Below the pieces are notes generated by a model. The model did not search any database, was not told the origin of the DNA, and saw only the letters and a list, made by a program, of their open reading frames with translations. From an uncultured Dehalococcoidia bacterium (GTDB lineage Bacteria; Chloroflexota; Dehalococcoidia; UBA6926), in NCBI GenBank assembly GCA_964405845.1, contig CAYOPL010000013.1:305-64304 (forward strand): a stretch of 64,000 nt of DNA. The letters run 5' to 3'. This document shows, in pieces, positions 54,385 to 63,591 of this stretch (position 1 is its first letter; each line of letters opens with the position of its first letter). The position numbers were made by a program, and so were the translations under genes.

Positions 54385-56796
54385 ATGGCTACGGATACTG
54401 CGCCGTTGAGTGGACTTCGCGTGCTGGAAATCGCGGGAGAACTCATTGAGCCTGTCGGACGGCATCTCGTTGATCTCGGCGCAGACGTAACACTTATCGA
54501 GCCGCCGGGCGGCAGCCCGTCACGCCACATCGCTCCACAACCAACTCGCCCAACGACCGAACCCCGCAGCCTCTATTTCCTGCGGTTCAACCTCGGCAAA
54601 CGCAGCGTTGTTCTCGACCTCGAAACGGACGAGGGATTAAGCGTCCTGCGAGATTCACTGTTGCCGAACACGGACATCCTCATGACATCGTTCAACCAGC
54701 AGGAACTGGAGTCGCGCGGCATCGACTTCGCATCCCTTACGGCCATCAACCCTAACCTCATCCTGACCACCGTCACGCCGTACGGGCGCACGGGAATCCA
54801 CGCCGGGTTCGCGGGCAACGACTTCACCGCCGGGGCGGCGGGCGGCATGACGTTTATGGAGGGGGAGCGCGACGGCCTCCCGGCCGCGCAGCCCCACTAC
54901 CAGGGAGTGCAGATGACGGCGCTCCATGCGGCGTATGGAACACTTCTGGCGTGGTGGCACGTGCGGAACGGCGGACGCGGGCAGGAGGTGGATGTCTCCC
55001 TGCAGGATGTCGTGGCGCATGAGTACTTCAACCTGGTCTATTACGCTTCGTATGGCGAGATTGTTCAGCGCGTCGGCGGATTGAGCGGCGGACGCCCCAC
55101 CAACTACTTCCCCTGCTCCGACGGCTGGATTCTGATGTCCCTCATCCTGCCGCACCAGTGGAAGGCGTTTGCGGATTGGACTGAGGACCCGCTAATCATG
55201 GACGAGATGTTCCTTGACGCTGCGGTTCGCGCGGACGCTGTGGAGTTTCTCGATGAGCGCATGTCCGAGTTCACGCGGTCGATGACCGTGCAGGAATTCC
55301 TGGAAGGCTCCATCCCGCGGCGCATACCCGCCGGACCAGTCAACGACATTGTCGGATTCATCAACCATCCGCACACTATCGCCCGCAATGTCATGACAGA
55401 GGTGGATGACCCTATTATCGGCACGTATGCCACACAGGGCGCGCCGTTCAGGCTGAGCCGCACCCCATGGGAGATCAAGGGGCCTGCCCCAACCATCGGC
55501 CAGCACAACAATGATTTGGCGGCCATTTCAGCTCGCCCGCATGAGAACGGCCGGGTACAACCAGCAGACTCCACCGCCGCTGAACGTGCGCTGCCGCTTG
55601 AGGGTATTCGCATCGTCGATTTGACGAAATCGTGGGCGGGGCCGTACGGCGCTCGATACCTGGCTGATTTCGGCGCGGAGGTCATCCGAATCGAGTCCAC
55701 CAAGTTCCCTGAGGGTCGCGTGATCACCCAGAACGACCATGACGCATGGCTCCGCTCCAACACGATGTACGCGGAAATCAACCGCAACAAGTACTCAATC
55801 GCGCTTGACCTCCACTCTGAAGAGGGCAAGAACATCTTCAAGCGGTTGGTCGCCGAGAGCGACATCGTGCTGGAGAATTTCCATTACGCCACCCTGCCCC
55901 GCTGGGGGATGGCGTACGACGACCTCAGGAAGGTCAACCCACGCATCATCGTCCTCAGCGCCCCCGGCTACGGCTATGAGGGACCAATCCGCGACTACTT
56001 TGCCTATGGCGGATGCATCGGCGCGTTCGCAGGCATCTCAACGCTGTGGGGGCATGCCGACTCTGCGGTGAACGAGCGTCCCAAGCAGGCCTACACGGAC
56101 TTCGTGACGGCGGGCCATCTCGCCCTGTCCGTCATGGCGGCGCTGCACGAGCGCGAGGATTCCGGCGAGGGACAGCACGTCGAACTCACGCAGATCGACT
56201 CCGCCGTGGCGATGATGGGCACGGCCATCCTTGAACACACCATTAATGAAGAGACACCGCAGCCCATCGGCAACCGCAGCCCGCACGCCGCGCCGCAGGG
56301 GGTGTATGCGTGCATCGGCGTCGACAAATGGGGCGCCATTTCCATCGAATCTGACGAGGAATGGCAGGCGCTCGCCGGTCTCATGGGCAGCGCGCTGCCT
56401 GCCGATCTCCGCGAAAGATGCACGACTGCGGATGCACGCCGTGCCCTGCACGGTGAAATCGACGACGCCATCGGCGAGTGGGCGTCCACGCGCACACCCG
56501 GCCAAGTCATGCAGGCCTGTCAGAAAGTCGGCGTCAAGGCGGCCATCGTCGCGTCCGGCGAGGACCTGTACCACGATCCGCACCTGCGCTCGCGGGGCTA
56601 CGTCGTTGAAATCGACCATCCCTGGCCGGGCAAGCTCCAACACCCGGGCATGACCGTGCGGCTCACGGAGACACCGGGGCAGGTGCGCCTGCCCGCACCA
56701 CTCACCGGCCAACACACGGCAGAAATCGTGGAGCGCGTGCTTGGTATCAAGAATGACGAGGCAGAGGAACTAACAAAGGCCGGCGTGCTGGTCTAG
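54385..56796 (+). CDS. Tandem fusion of two family III (CaiB/BaiF) CoA-transferase domains
   Basis: Two LxGxRVL/IxDL N-terminal motifs: LSGLRVLEIAG near residue 15 and LEGIRIVDLTKSWAGP about residue 410. ATG at 54385 is preferred, with TTG at 54370 as an alternative, because a GGGGGGAG SD lies 7 nt upstream. Confidence 0.8.
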   Translation: MATDTAPLSGLRVLEIAGELIEPVGRHLVDLGADVTLIEPPGGSPSRHIAPQPTRPTTEPRSLYFLRFNLGKRSVVLDLETDEGLSVLRDSLLPNTDILMTSFNQQELESRGIDFASLTAINPNLILTTVTPYGRTGIHAGFAGNDFTAGAAGGMTFMEGERDGLPAAQPHYQGVQMTALHAAYGTLLAWWHVRNGGRGQEVDVSLQDVVAHEYFNLVYYASYGEIVQRVGGLSGGRPTNYFPCSDGWILMSLILPHQWKAFADWTEDPLIMDEMFLDAAVRADAVEFLDERMSEFTRSMTVQEFLEGSIPRRIPAGPVNDIVGFINHPHTIARNVMTEVDDPIIGTYATQGAPFRLSRTPWEIKGPAPTIGQHNNDLAAISARPHENGRVQPADSTAAERALPLEGIRIVDLTKSWAGPYGARYLADFGAEVIRIESTKFPEGRVITQNDHDAWLRSNTMYAEINRNKYSIALDLHSEEGKNIFKRLVAESDIVLENFHYATLPRWGMAYDDLRKVNPRIIVLSAPGYGYEGPIRDYFAYGGCIGAFAGISTLWGHADSAVNERPKQAYTDFVTAGHLALSVMAALHEREDSGEGQHVELTQIDSAVAMMGTAILEHTINEETPQPIGNRSPHAAPQGVYACIGVDKWGAISIESDEEWQALAGLMGSALPADLRERCTTADARRALHGEIDDAIGEWASTRTPGQVMQACQKVGVKAAIVASGEDLYHDPHLRSRGYVVEIDHPWPGKLQHPGMTVRLTETPGQVRLPAPLTGQHTAEIVERVLGIKNDEAEELTKAGVLV

Positions 56797-56813
56797 GAAA
56801 ACTTGGGGGAACC

Positions 56814-58004
56814 ATGGACTTCAGATTCACTGCCGAAGATCAGCAGTTGCGAGACGAGGTAAAGAACTTCGTCGAGAGCGAGTGGGACGCGCAAGGCATC
56901 GACTCGTTCAGCAACTCCGTCTATTCCTATGACGTCCATCACGTCGAAGACGACCGGCGCATCCACGAGTACACGAAGAAACTGGCAGACCGTGGCTGGT
57001 ACACCATGCACTGGCCGGAGGAGTTCGGCGGAGCGGGCGCTCCTCTGAGCAGGCAGTTGGCCTACCGCGAGGAGGCCGCCTATCGCGGCTCCCCCGTCAC
57101 CACGCCCACCTTCTTCGCCCACACCCTCATGTACTACGGGCAGGACTGGCAGAAGGAAGAAATACTCGGCAAGATCGCCAGGGGCGAGTTGATTAACTTC
57201 TCACAGGGGTTCAGCGAGCCGAACGCCGGCGCGGATCTCGGCAGCCTCCAGACCCGCGCCGTGCAGGACGGCGACGATTGGGTCATCACCGGCCAGAAAA
57301 TCTGGAACACCGGCGGCCACATGGCGGATATCGGCCACTATCTTGTCCGCACGGACCCGGACGCCCCCAAACACCGCGGCATCTCCTATTTCATCGTTGA
57401 TATGCACGACCCCGGAATCACCCTCAGGCCGCTATTTGACGCGCTCGGCCGCCAGCGATGGGTCGAGGTGTTCCTGGACGGCGCGCGTGTGCCCTCACGC
57501 AACCTGGTCGGTGAACTCAACCGCGGCTGGTACGCCGCCATGACGAACATGTCCTTCGAGCGTTCCAACGTTGAGGCGCCGTCATACCGCCTCCGCGACC
57601 TGGAGAATTTCCTGGACTTTGCCCGCGAAGCTCGCTTTTCGGACGGCACTACCATCCTTGACGATCCCATCGCCCGGCACGTGCTGGCGGATGCGCGCGT
57701 GCTCATCGAGATCGGGCGGATGATCTCCTATCAGGTGGCATGGATCCAGAGCAAGGGCGAGGTCCCCGCTATGGAGTCGGCCTTCTCCAAGCTGTTCCAC
57801 GATGAGATGACGCCGAACGTGTTCGGTGCCCTGAACCGGCTGCTGAGGGAGTCGGGCATCTTCAACGTTGGCGACCCGCGCGCCCCGATGAACGGCTACC
57901 CGCAGGTGAACTCCTACCTGAGCTGGATGAACCGCTTCGCCGGCGGCGGCCGTGAGATTGAGTTGAATATCATTGCGCAACGTGGCCTGGGCCTACCCCG
58001 GTAG
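56814..58004 (+). CDS. Acyl-CoA dehydrogenase (paralog 2, about 65% identical to paralog 1)
   Basis: Same length and motifs. Identical C-terminal tail ...GGGREIELNIIAQRGLGLPR. Confidence 0.85.
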   Translation: MDFRFTAEDQQLRDEVKNFVESEWDAQGIDSFSNSVYSYDVHHVEDDRRIHEYTKKLADRGWYTMHWPEEFGGAGAPLSRQLAYREEAAYRGSPVTTPTFFAHTLMYYGQDWQKEEILGKIARGELINFSQGFSEPNAGADLGSLQTRAVQDGDDWVITGQKIWNTGGHMADIGHYLVRTDPDAPKHRGISYFIVDMHDPGITLRPLFDALGRQRWVEVFLDGARVPSRNLVGELNRGWYAAMTNMSFERSNVEAPSYRLRDLENFLDFAREARFSDGTTILDDPIARHVLADARVLIEIGRMISYQVAWIQSKGEVPAMESAFSKLFHDEMTPNVFGALNRLLRESGIFNVGDPRAPMNGYPQVNSYLSWMNRFAGGGREIELNIIAQRGLGLPR

Positions 58005-58067
58005 GAGGTATACGTCCTCCATACTTTCCTACCTGAATCTCTCACCAACCCCCACTCAAACTCCAAA

Positions 58068-60590
58068 ATGGCCCGCACCCCTTACATCACGTGTAGTTCA
58101 TGCAGAGTCAGCATGCACAACGACGCGTATGGGTATCACAAGCACAACCCACGGCGAAAGCCAATACCGCGAGACACAACCGAGTGTTTAGCATGTCGTG
58201 GCACAGGCCTGGTACAAGGGGCTGGTTCTCAGGCTAACACCCTTGGATGGCTATTGGAGCATGGTCGAAGAATAAGTTGTGTGCGTTGTTTCGGGCAGGG
58301 ACGAGTGGGCACGGCCCATTCGCCGCGCTCTTCTCCGCGTGGTGGCGTGTCGATTCTTAAGCCTCAGGCTCAGGCAAACCCACCGGGCTTAACGCCGTCC
58401 GAACGCGAACGGCTGATGGAGGCCGTGGAGCAAGTAGTTACGGACGCCGAAAAAGAGGCGGAGGAGCAAAGGCGTCAGGCAGAAGAAAGACAGGCGGCGC
58501 GCGAACAAGGACAAACAGGGGAGCAGAAACGCACACCCAGATCACCATCAGCTGAATGGCTTCCTCAAGGCTTTCAAACAAACGCACAATGCGCACACGT
58601 GTCAAGCCGAGGATTACGTTGCTGGCGCAGAGCACAAATCGACTCGGAAATGTGCGCGGAACATACCGTGACCAAAACCGAGAAAGAGGCGCAAGAGCAG
58701 GAACATAGAGCAGAAGAGGAACGTACAGCACGCGAACAAAAGCAAGCAGAGGAGCGGTTATGGAATGAAGTAACCAGGCGTGCTGAATCCAGCTCACAGT
58801 CAGGATCTGAAGCAGACCAAGCAAAACCCCAAGAACGATTATGGGCCGAACTGCGTTATCAGGCAGAAGAGCGCTTGTGGGACGAAGCAGTCAGAGATGC
58901 CAGACGTAAGGGACGAGTCGGGCGCCTCTTTCGCCGAATCTTCCTCGCTCTACTGCTGATTCTTATCAGCGCCACGGCCATCTTGTTCCTTACTCAGACC
59001 CCGGTGGAAGACATAGTCGATTCGGTAAGGGGTTTCTGGGGCGACTCAGGCATTACCATTCCCGACGGTGAGTCAGAACAGCCCGACACCAACGGCACGG
59101 ATTCTGTTGCCCCTCCGGTAGTTCCCTCACCCACGGCAACGGCAACCCTAACTCGGACGCCCACGCCCACTGTTGCTCCAACGCCGACACCTGTCGCGGT
59201 ATCCCCATGGGCGGGTTTCATTATCACGTCGGAGACTCTTGGCAAGGACATTACAGACAGGCTTTCGGAAGAAGAGATGGCTTGTCTACGGTCTTCTAAT
59301 TCCGATGGATACTATGAGTATTTCCAGTCCGAGCCTATTGGTGTGCGGGTGAGTATGAATCCGCCCGTCCGCGATGTCACCGACTTGCCAGCACTGGCTG
59401 AATGCCTATCACAGGAAAGCGCGCAGCATCTCAATCTTGCAATCGCCATATTCCATGATCCGAGTCTGGCCCCACCCACTCCGACCGCCATACCAACTCC
59501 TGCTCCAACTCCCGGGCCCACCTCCGCGCCTACAGCAACAGCGACGCCACGGCCGACGGCAACGCCAAGCCCTCATCTCCTCCACCTCAATGAGAAGAAA
59601 TATGTGTTGGAACTGATCAACAATGCGCGCAGAGCAAACGGGCTTACACCGGTAGAACTCGGAGAAAATATCGCCGCGCAGTTACATGTCGAAAGCGCTC
59701 TCAGGAATTGCGTTTCATCACATTGGGGCTTGGATGGCCTAAAGCCCGGCATGCGCTACAGCCTCGCGGGTGGATATCAGTCGAATGGGGAGGTTGCGTC
59801 CGGATTGGATTATTGCTACAGAGCAAGAGACCGGGTAACACCGATAGGAAGCGTGCGCCAAAGAATCCTGCAGGCTCATCAGGGATTGATGGGCAGCCCA
59901 GGACATCGAGCCAGTATCCTGAGAGAGACTCACCGTAAGGTGAATATCGGGCTGGCATGGGATCGCTACAACCTCTACGTGGTCCAACACTTTGAAGGCG
60001 GCCACGTGGAGTATGAGGAGTTGCCAGAGATTTCAGACGGGATTCTTCAGGTGAAGGGGAGCTTGACTTCAGGTTTTCGTTTTGCAGGCGATAATCCGCT
60101 TGGACTTCAAATCTACTATGACCCGCCCCCCCATAACCTCACACGCGGCCAGGTTTCAAGAACGTACTGCTACGACAGTGGCCGCCAAGTCGCTGCTCTG
60201 CGTCCACCTCTATCAGGGGGATACTACTATCCAACAGACTCATTCACGCAGAACCTGAAATTCTGCCCAAGCCCTTATGATGTTCCCTCCGCGACTCAAC
60301 CTGCGCGTTCAGGAGAAGAAGCTCACCGTATTTGGGCAACCGTCAAGGCCGAAAGTGAAAGACTGGGGTCAGTTCCTGTAACCGTGCCGTGGATTACTGC
60401 CAGCAGACTACAAACGCAGGGCAGGAATTTTGAGGCCCGGGCGTCAATACAAGATGTGTTGCGGCAGCGCGGATCAGGCGTTTATTCCATCATTGTTTGG
60501 GGTGATTTAGCTGGCCATGATGAATCAGTCGTCATCTCCCAATATTCAATTTTCCACCAAATCGACCCACCTACAACATATGACCCTTAA
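58068..60590 (+). CDS. Multidomain type II membrane protein: N-terminal DnaJ-type CxxCxGxG zinc finger, repetitive coiled coil, TM helix, PT-rich linkers, CAP/SCP (PR-1-like) domain and a C-terminal Cys-containing domain. Lies in a low-GC island.
   Basis: CLACRGTG and CVRCFGQG, plus CxxC at residues 9-12. AEERLW repeated three times. TM helix IFLALLLILISATAILFL. CAP motifs HQGLMGSPGHRASIL and VGLAWDRYNLYVVQHFEG. GC is about 10 points below the flanking genes. Confidence 0.6.
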   Translation: MARTPYITCSSCRVSMHNDAYGYHKHNPRRKPIPRDTTECLACRGTGLVQGAGSQANTLGWLLEHGRRISCVRCFGQGRVGTAHSPRSSPRGGVSILKPQAQANPPGLTPSERERLMEAVEQVVTDAEKEAEEQRRQAEERQAAREQGQTGEQKRTPRSPSAEWLPQGFQTNAQCAHVSSRGLRCWRRAQIDSEMCAEHTVTKTEKEAQEQEHRAEEERTAREQKQAEERLWNEVTRRAESSSQSGSEADQAKPQERLWAELRYQAEERLWDEAVRDARRKGRVGRLFRRIFLALLLILISATAILFLTQTPVEDIVDSVRGFWGDSGITIPDGESEQPDTNGTDSVAPPVVPSPTATATLTRTPTPTVAPTPTPVAVSPWAGFIITSETLGKDITDRLSEEEMACLRSSNSDGYYEYFQSEPIGVRVSMNPPVRDVTDLPALAECLSQESAQHLNLAIAIFHDPSLAPPTPTAIPTPAPTPGPTSAPTATATPRPTATPSPHLLHLNEKKYVLELINNARRANGLTPVELGENIAAQLHVESALRNCVSSHWGLDGLKPGMRYSLAGGYQSNGEVASGLDYCYRARDRVTPIGSVRQRILQAHQGLMGSPGHRASILRETHRKVNIGLAWDRYNLYVVQHFEGGHVEYEELPEISDGILQVKGSLTSGFRFAGDNPLGLQIYYDPPPHNLTRGQVSRTYCYDSGRQVAALRPPLSGGYYYPTDSFTQNLKFCPSPYDVPSATQPARSGEEAHRIWATVKAESERLGSVPVTVPWITASRLQTQGRNFEARASIQDVLRQRGSGVYSIIVWGDLAGHDESVVISQYSIFHQIDPPTTYDP

Positions 60591-60724
60591 GCAGTATCCT
60601 CGCTTGCACTAAAGCTAATCACCTCTTTTCCACACAACGCGGCAATCAGCGGGAACCAGCGCTTGTACGTTGTCCAGAACTTCTGTTAGTGCAAACACGA
60701 GAATGTTCGCGATGCTAGCACGGC

Positions 60725-60756
60725 GTGACAATCTATCTTGCTTGTGTCACTGTGTC
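60725..60756. promoter_or_regulatory. Conserved upstream motif GTGACAATCT..TTG..CTTGTG.CACTGTGTC (copy A), 28 nt upstream of the MaoC-N gene
   Basis: Shares about 26 of 33 positions with 61906-61938. Contains the inverted half-sites GTGACA...TGTCAC. Confidence 0.45.
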
Positions 60757-60783
60757 CGCAATATCGGGGGTTGGGGGTGAACC

Positions 60784-61317
60784 ATGACATCTGAGCCTGA
60801 AACCTATATCACGCCGGAGGTGGAGGCGTATATCGGGACGGAGAGTCCGCCGCTTGTCTCGCCGCCGGTGTCGGAGAGCGAGATACGCCGGTTCGCGATG
60901 GCAGCCTATTGGCCGGAGGTGCCGCCTCGTCGTTTCTGGGACGCCGACTACGCCAAGACCACCCGCTTCGGCGGCATTGTCGCGCCGGATGAGTTCAACC
61001 CGTTCGGCTGGATGGTCGGACGCGCCCACATCGGCCCGCAGCCCACGCACATCGACGAAGCGCAGGGCGAGCTTGAAGAGGCGCGCAACCTGCGACCGCC
61101 CGGCGCGCCGGAAAGATATCTCTACGCCGGCTCCTCGTCCGAGTACCACGCGCCGATCCGCCCCGGCGATGTCATCACGTCCATCCTGAAATTTACGGAG
61201 GTCTACGAACGGCGCGGCGGGCTGGGCCTCATGCTCTTCTACGCCGTCGAGGAGCGGATGACTAACCAGAACGGCGAGCTGGTCCGCGTATTCAAGACCA
61301 ACAACATCCTGTATTAG
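60784..61317 (+). CDS. MaoC-like dehydratase N-terminal (FAS1-like hotdog) domain protein, a split-hydratase subunit
   Basis: 177 aa. Hotdog-fold N-domain pattern, adjacent to a MaoC C-type hotdog gene. Confidence 0.6.
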   Translation: MTSEPETYITPEVEAYIGTESPPLVSPPVSESEIRRFAMAAYWPEVPPRRFWDADYAKTTRFGGIVAPDEFNPFGWMVGRAHIGPQPTHIDEAQGELEEARNLRPPGAPERYLYAGSSSEYHAPIRPGDVITSILKFTEVYERRGGLGLMLFYAVEERMTNQNGELVRVFKTNNILY

Positions 61318-61445
61318 GGAGTAAGCGCGGCGGTACACGGTGGAGGCGCAATGGGTTCTTTAGATTCCTCGGCTGCGCTCGGAGTGACAGATACGATGAG
61401 TTCCGGCTGTCACCGGAATGAGGGCATGAGGTTGGAGGCGAAACA

Positions 61446-61871
61446 ATGACTGTTTACTGGCAAGACGTTGAGGATGGATCGGAGATTCCGGAGTTCGCCC
61501 GCACCACAACGTTGATGAACTGGAATCGCTGGGCATCAGTGAACGATGAGTTCGTGCCCATGCACATGGACGATGACGAGGCGCGCGCCAACGGACAGCA
61601 GGCCGCGTTCGGCGAGGGTCCTCTGCGCTATTCGTACCTGCACAGCGCACTGCGCGAGTGGATCGGCGATGATGGCGACATCGTGTTCGTCAACGCCCAG
61701 TACCGCGGCATCAACTACAAGGGCGACACCCTGACCGTCTCGGGTCGCGTTACCGGCAAGCGTGAGGAAAACGGCCGCCATCTCGTAGACGTGGACCTCG
61801 CCATCAACAACCAGCGCGGCGAGACCGTCACGCCCGGCAACGCCACCGTCGCCCTGCCAAGCAGAGAATAG
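61446..61871 (+). CDS. MaoC-like (R)-specific enoyl-CoA hydratase domain protein
   Basis: 141 aa. Hotdog hydratase-type sequence NDEFVPMHMDDDEARANGQQAAFGEGPLRYSYLHSAL. Confidence 0.7.
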   Translation: MTVYWQDVEDGSEIPEFARTTTLMNWNRWASVNDEFVPMHMDDDEARANGQQAAFGEGPLRYSYLHSALREWIGDDGDIVFVNAQYRGINYKGDTLTVSGRVTGKREENGRHLVDVDLAINNQRGETVTPGNATVALPSRE

Positions 61872-61905
61872 ACACCACACACCTGCTCACGCGGCACAGG
61901 CCCGC

Positions 61906-61938
61906 GTGACAATCTTGCCCCGCTTGTGCCACTGTGTC
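61906..61938. promoter_or_regulatory. Conserved upstream motif (copy B) preceding the thiolase-like gene
   Basis: gtgacaatcttgccccgcttgtgccactgtgtc read directly. Preceded by the hairpin cacgcgg-cacaggc-ccgcgtg at 61888-61908. Confidence 0.45.
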
Positions 61939-61978
61939 GGCAGCGGGTGAGAGCGCCCGCATGGGGGAGGAATTGTCT

Positions 61979-63151
61979 ATGACTACCGCAAGTGACCTTT
62001 CGCGCGTAGCGGCAATCATCGGCGTCGATGAGTCCGATGAGATGGGCCACGTGCCGCACAAGTCGTCTATGCAGCACCACGCGGAGGCGGCGGACAACGC
62101 CCTTCGCGACGCCGGGCTCACGCTGGACGACGTCGATGCGTTGTTCTGCGCCGGCGTCGGTACGGTCTCCGTCGCCGAATACCTCGGCATCGTGCCCAAG
62201 TACACGGACACAACCTCCATCGGCGGCTCCTCGTTCCTCGCGCACGTCGAGCATGCTATGGCGGCCATCAACGCCGGCCTCATCGATGTCGCTCTGATCA
62301 CCCACGGCGAGGCGGGGCGTTCATCCCGCGCTCGAGCGGGCCGCGATCCAACGGCGGCAGGCTCCCAGTTTGAGGCGCCCTACGGCATGATCGGCGCGCC
62401 GGTGGCGTACGCCATGGCATGCAGCCGCTACATGCACATGTACGGCGCGGAGCGCGTGCGGCAGGGCATGGCGGACGTGTCCATCGCCACGCGCAAGTGG
62501 GCGCTCCAGAATCCCAAGTCGTTCGTCAATCACCCCACGTGGATCGGTCCAGCCGATGTCGGCTATGAGGACTACCATGAATCGCGCTGGATCGCGTGGC
62601 CGTTTCATATCATGGACTGCTGCCTGGTGACGGACGGCGGCGGCGCATGCGTCGTCGTCTCGGCGGACGTTGCCCGAAACGCCAAGAAGAAGCCTGCGTG
62701 GATCCTCGGCTCCGCGGAAGGCCACGACCACCAGATCATCAGCCAGATGCCTGACCTCACCCGCACCATCGCCCATGAGACCGGGCCGCGCGCGCTTGAG
62801 ATGGCGGGCGTCACACACGATGACATCGACCTCGCGATGATCTACGACTCTTTCACCTACACGGTGCTGACAACGCTGGAGAGCCTGGGATTCTGCGGGC
62901 CGGGTGAAGCGCCTGATTTCGTGGCTAACCTGCGGACAGGCCCCGGCGGCGACTTTCCCATGAACACGAGCGGCGGCGGTCTATCCTACGCCCACACTGG
63001 CATGTACGGCATGTTCCTGCTCATCGAGGCTACGCGGCAGCTGCGTGGCGAGAGCGGGGATCGGCAGGTTGAGGATTGCAACCTGTCGCTCGTGCACGGT
63101 ACCGGCGGCGAGCTCTCCTCCACTGCAACGCTGGTCCTCAGCAATTCATAG
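61979..63151 (+). CDS. Thiolase-like protein of the SCP-x/Ltp (nonspecific lipid-transfer protein) type. Start uncertain: in-frame ATGs at 61934, 61961 and 61979.
   Basis: Thiolase fold with an N-terminal Cys region (LFCAGVGTV) and C-terminal ...SGGGLSYAHTGMYG...VHGTGGELSS. 61979 is chosen for its GGGAGG SD and to avoid the upstream motif. Confidence 0.7.
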   Translation: MTTASDLSRVAAIIGVDESDEMGHVPHKSSMQHHAEAADNALRDAGLTLDDVDALFCAGVGTVSVAEYLGIVPKYTDTTSIGGSSFLAHVEHAMAAINAGLIDVALITHGEAGRSSRARAGRDPTAAGSQFEAPYGMIGAPVAYAMACSRYMHMYGAERVRQGMADVSIATRKWALQNPKSFVNHPTWIGPADVGYEDYHESRWIAWPFHIMDCCLVTDGGGACVVVSADVARNAKKKPAWILGSAEGHDHQIISQMPDLTRTIAHETGPRALEMAGVTHDDIDLAMIYDSFTYTVLTTLESLGFCGPGEAPDFVANLRTGPGGDFPMNTSGGGLSYAHTGMYGMFLLIEATRQLRGESGDRQVEDCNLSLVHGTGGELSSTATLVLSNS

Positions 63152-63162
63152 GAGAACACACA

Positions 63163-63591
63163 ATGACAACTCAACCACCGGCCGGCCCGCCAAGGATCCT
63201 GCCAACTCCGACCCAGGAAAACGACTTCTATTGGGAGAAGTGCAAGGAGCATGAGTTGTGGCTTCGGAGCTGCAACACTTGCGACGAAACGTACTTCTAT
63301 CCGCGCGATCTGTGCCCGACGTGCCACTCACGCGATACGACGTGGGTACAGGCGAGCGGGCGAGGCGAGGTTCATGCCTACGCCGTCGTCCATCGTCCTC
63401 CCGCGCCTGCATTCGCAGAAGAAGTTCCCTTCATCACAGCGCTTATCAAGCTGGAGGAGGGCCCAATCCTGCCGACACGCATCGTCGGCGTGGAGCCCGT
63501 GCCTGACGCCGTCAGCATCGGCATGACCGGCCAGATTGAATTCGAAGACGCCAGCGAGACCATCAGCCTGCCAGTGTTCAGACCGGGGTAG
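63163..63591 (+). CDS. DUF35-type OB-fold/zinc-ribbon protein (thiolase partner)
   Basis: Zn-ribbon CNTCDETYFYPRDLCPTCHS followed by an OB-fold region. Gene order thiolase-DUF35 is typical. Confidence 0.7.
   Translation: MTTQPPAGPPRILPTPTQENDFYWEKCKEHELWLRSCNTCDETYFYPRDLCPTCHSRDTTWVQASGRGEVHAYAVVHRPPAPAFAEEVPFITALIKLEEGPILPTRIVGVEPVPDAVSIGMTGQIEFEDASETISLPVFRPG

Noticed and set aside
60733-61338. 201-aa minus-strand ORF
   Set aside because: Antisense to the MaoC-N gene. Arg-rich.
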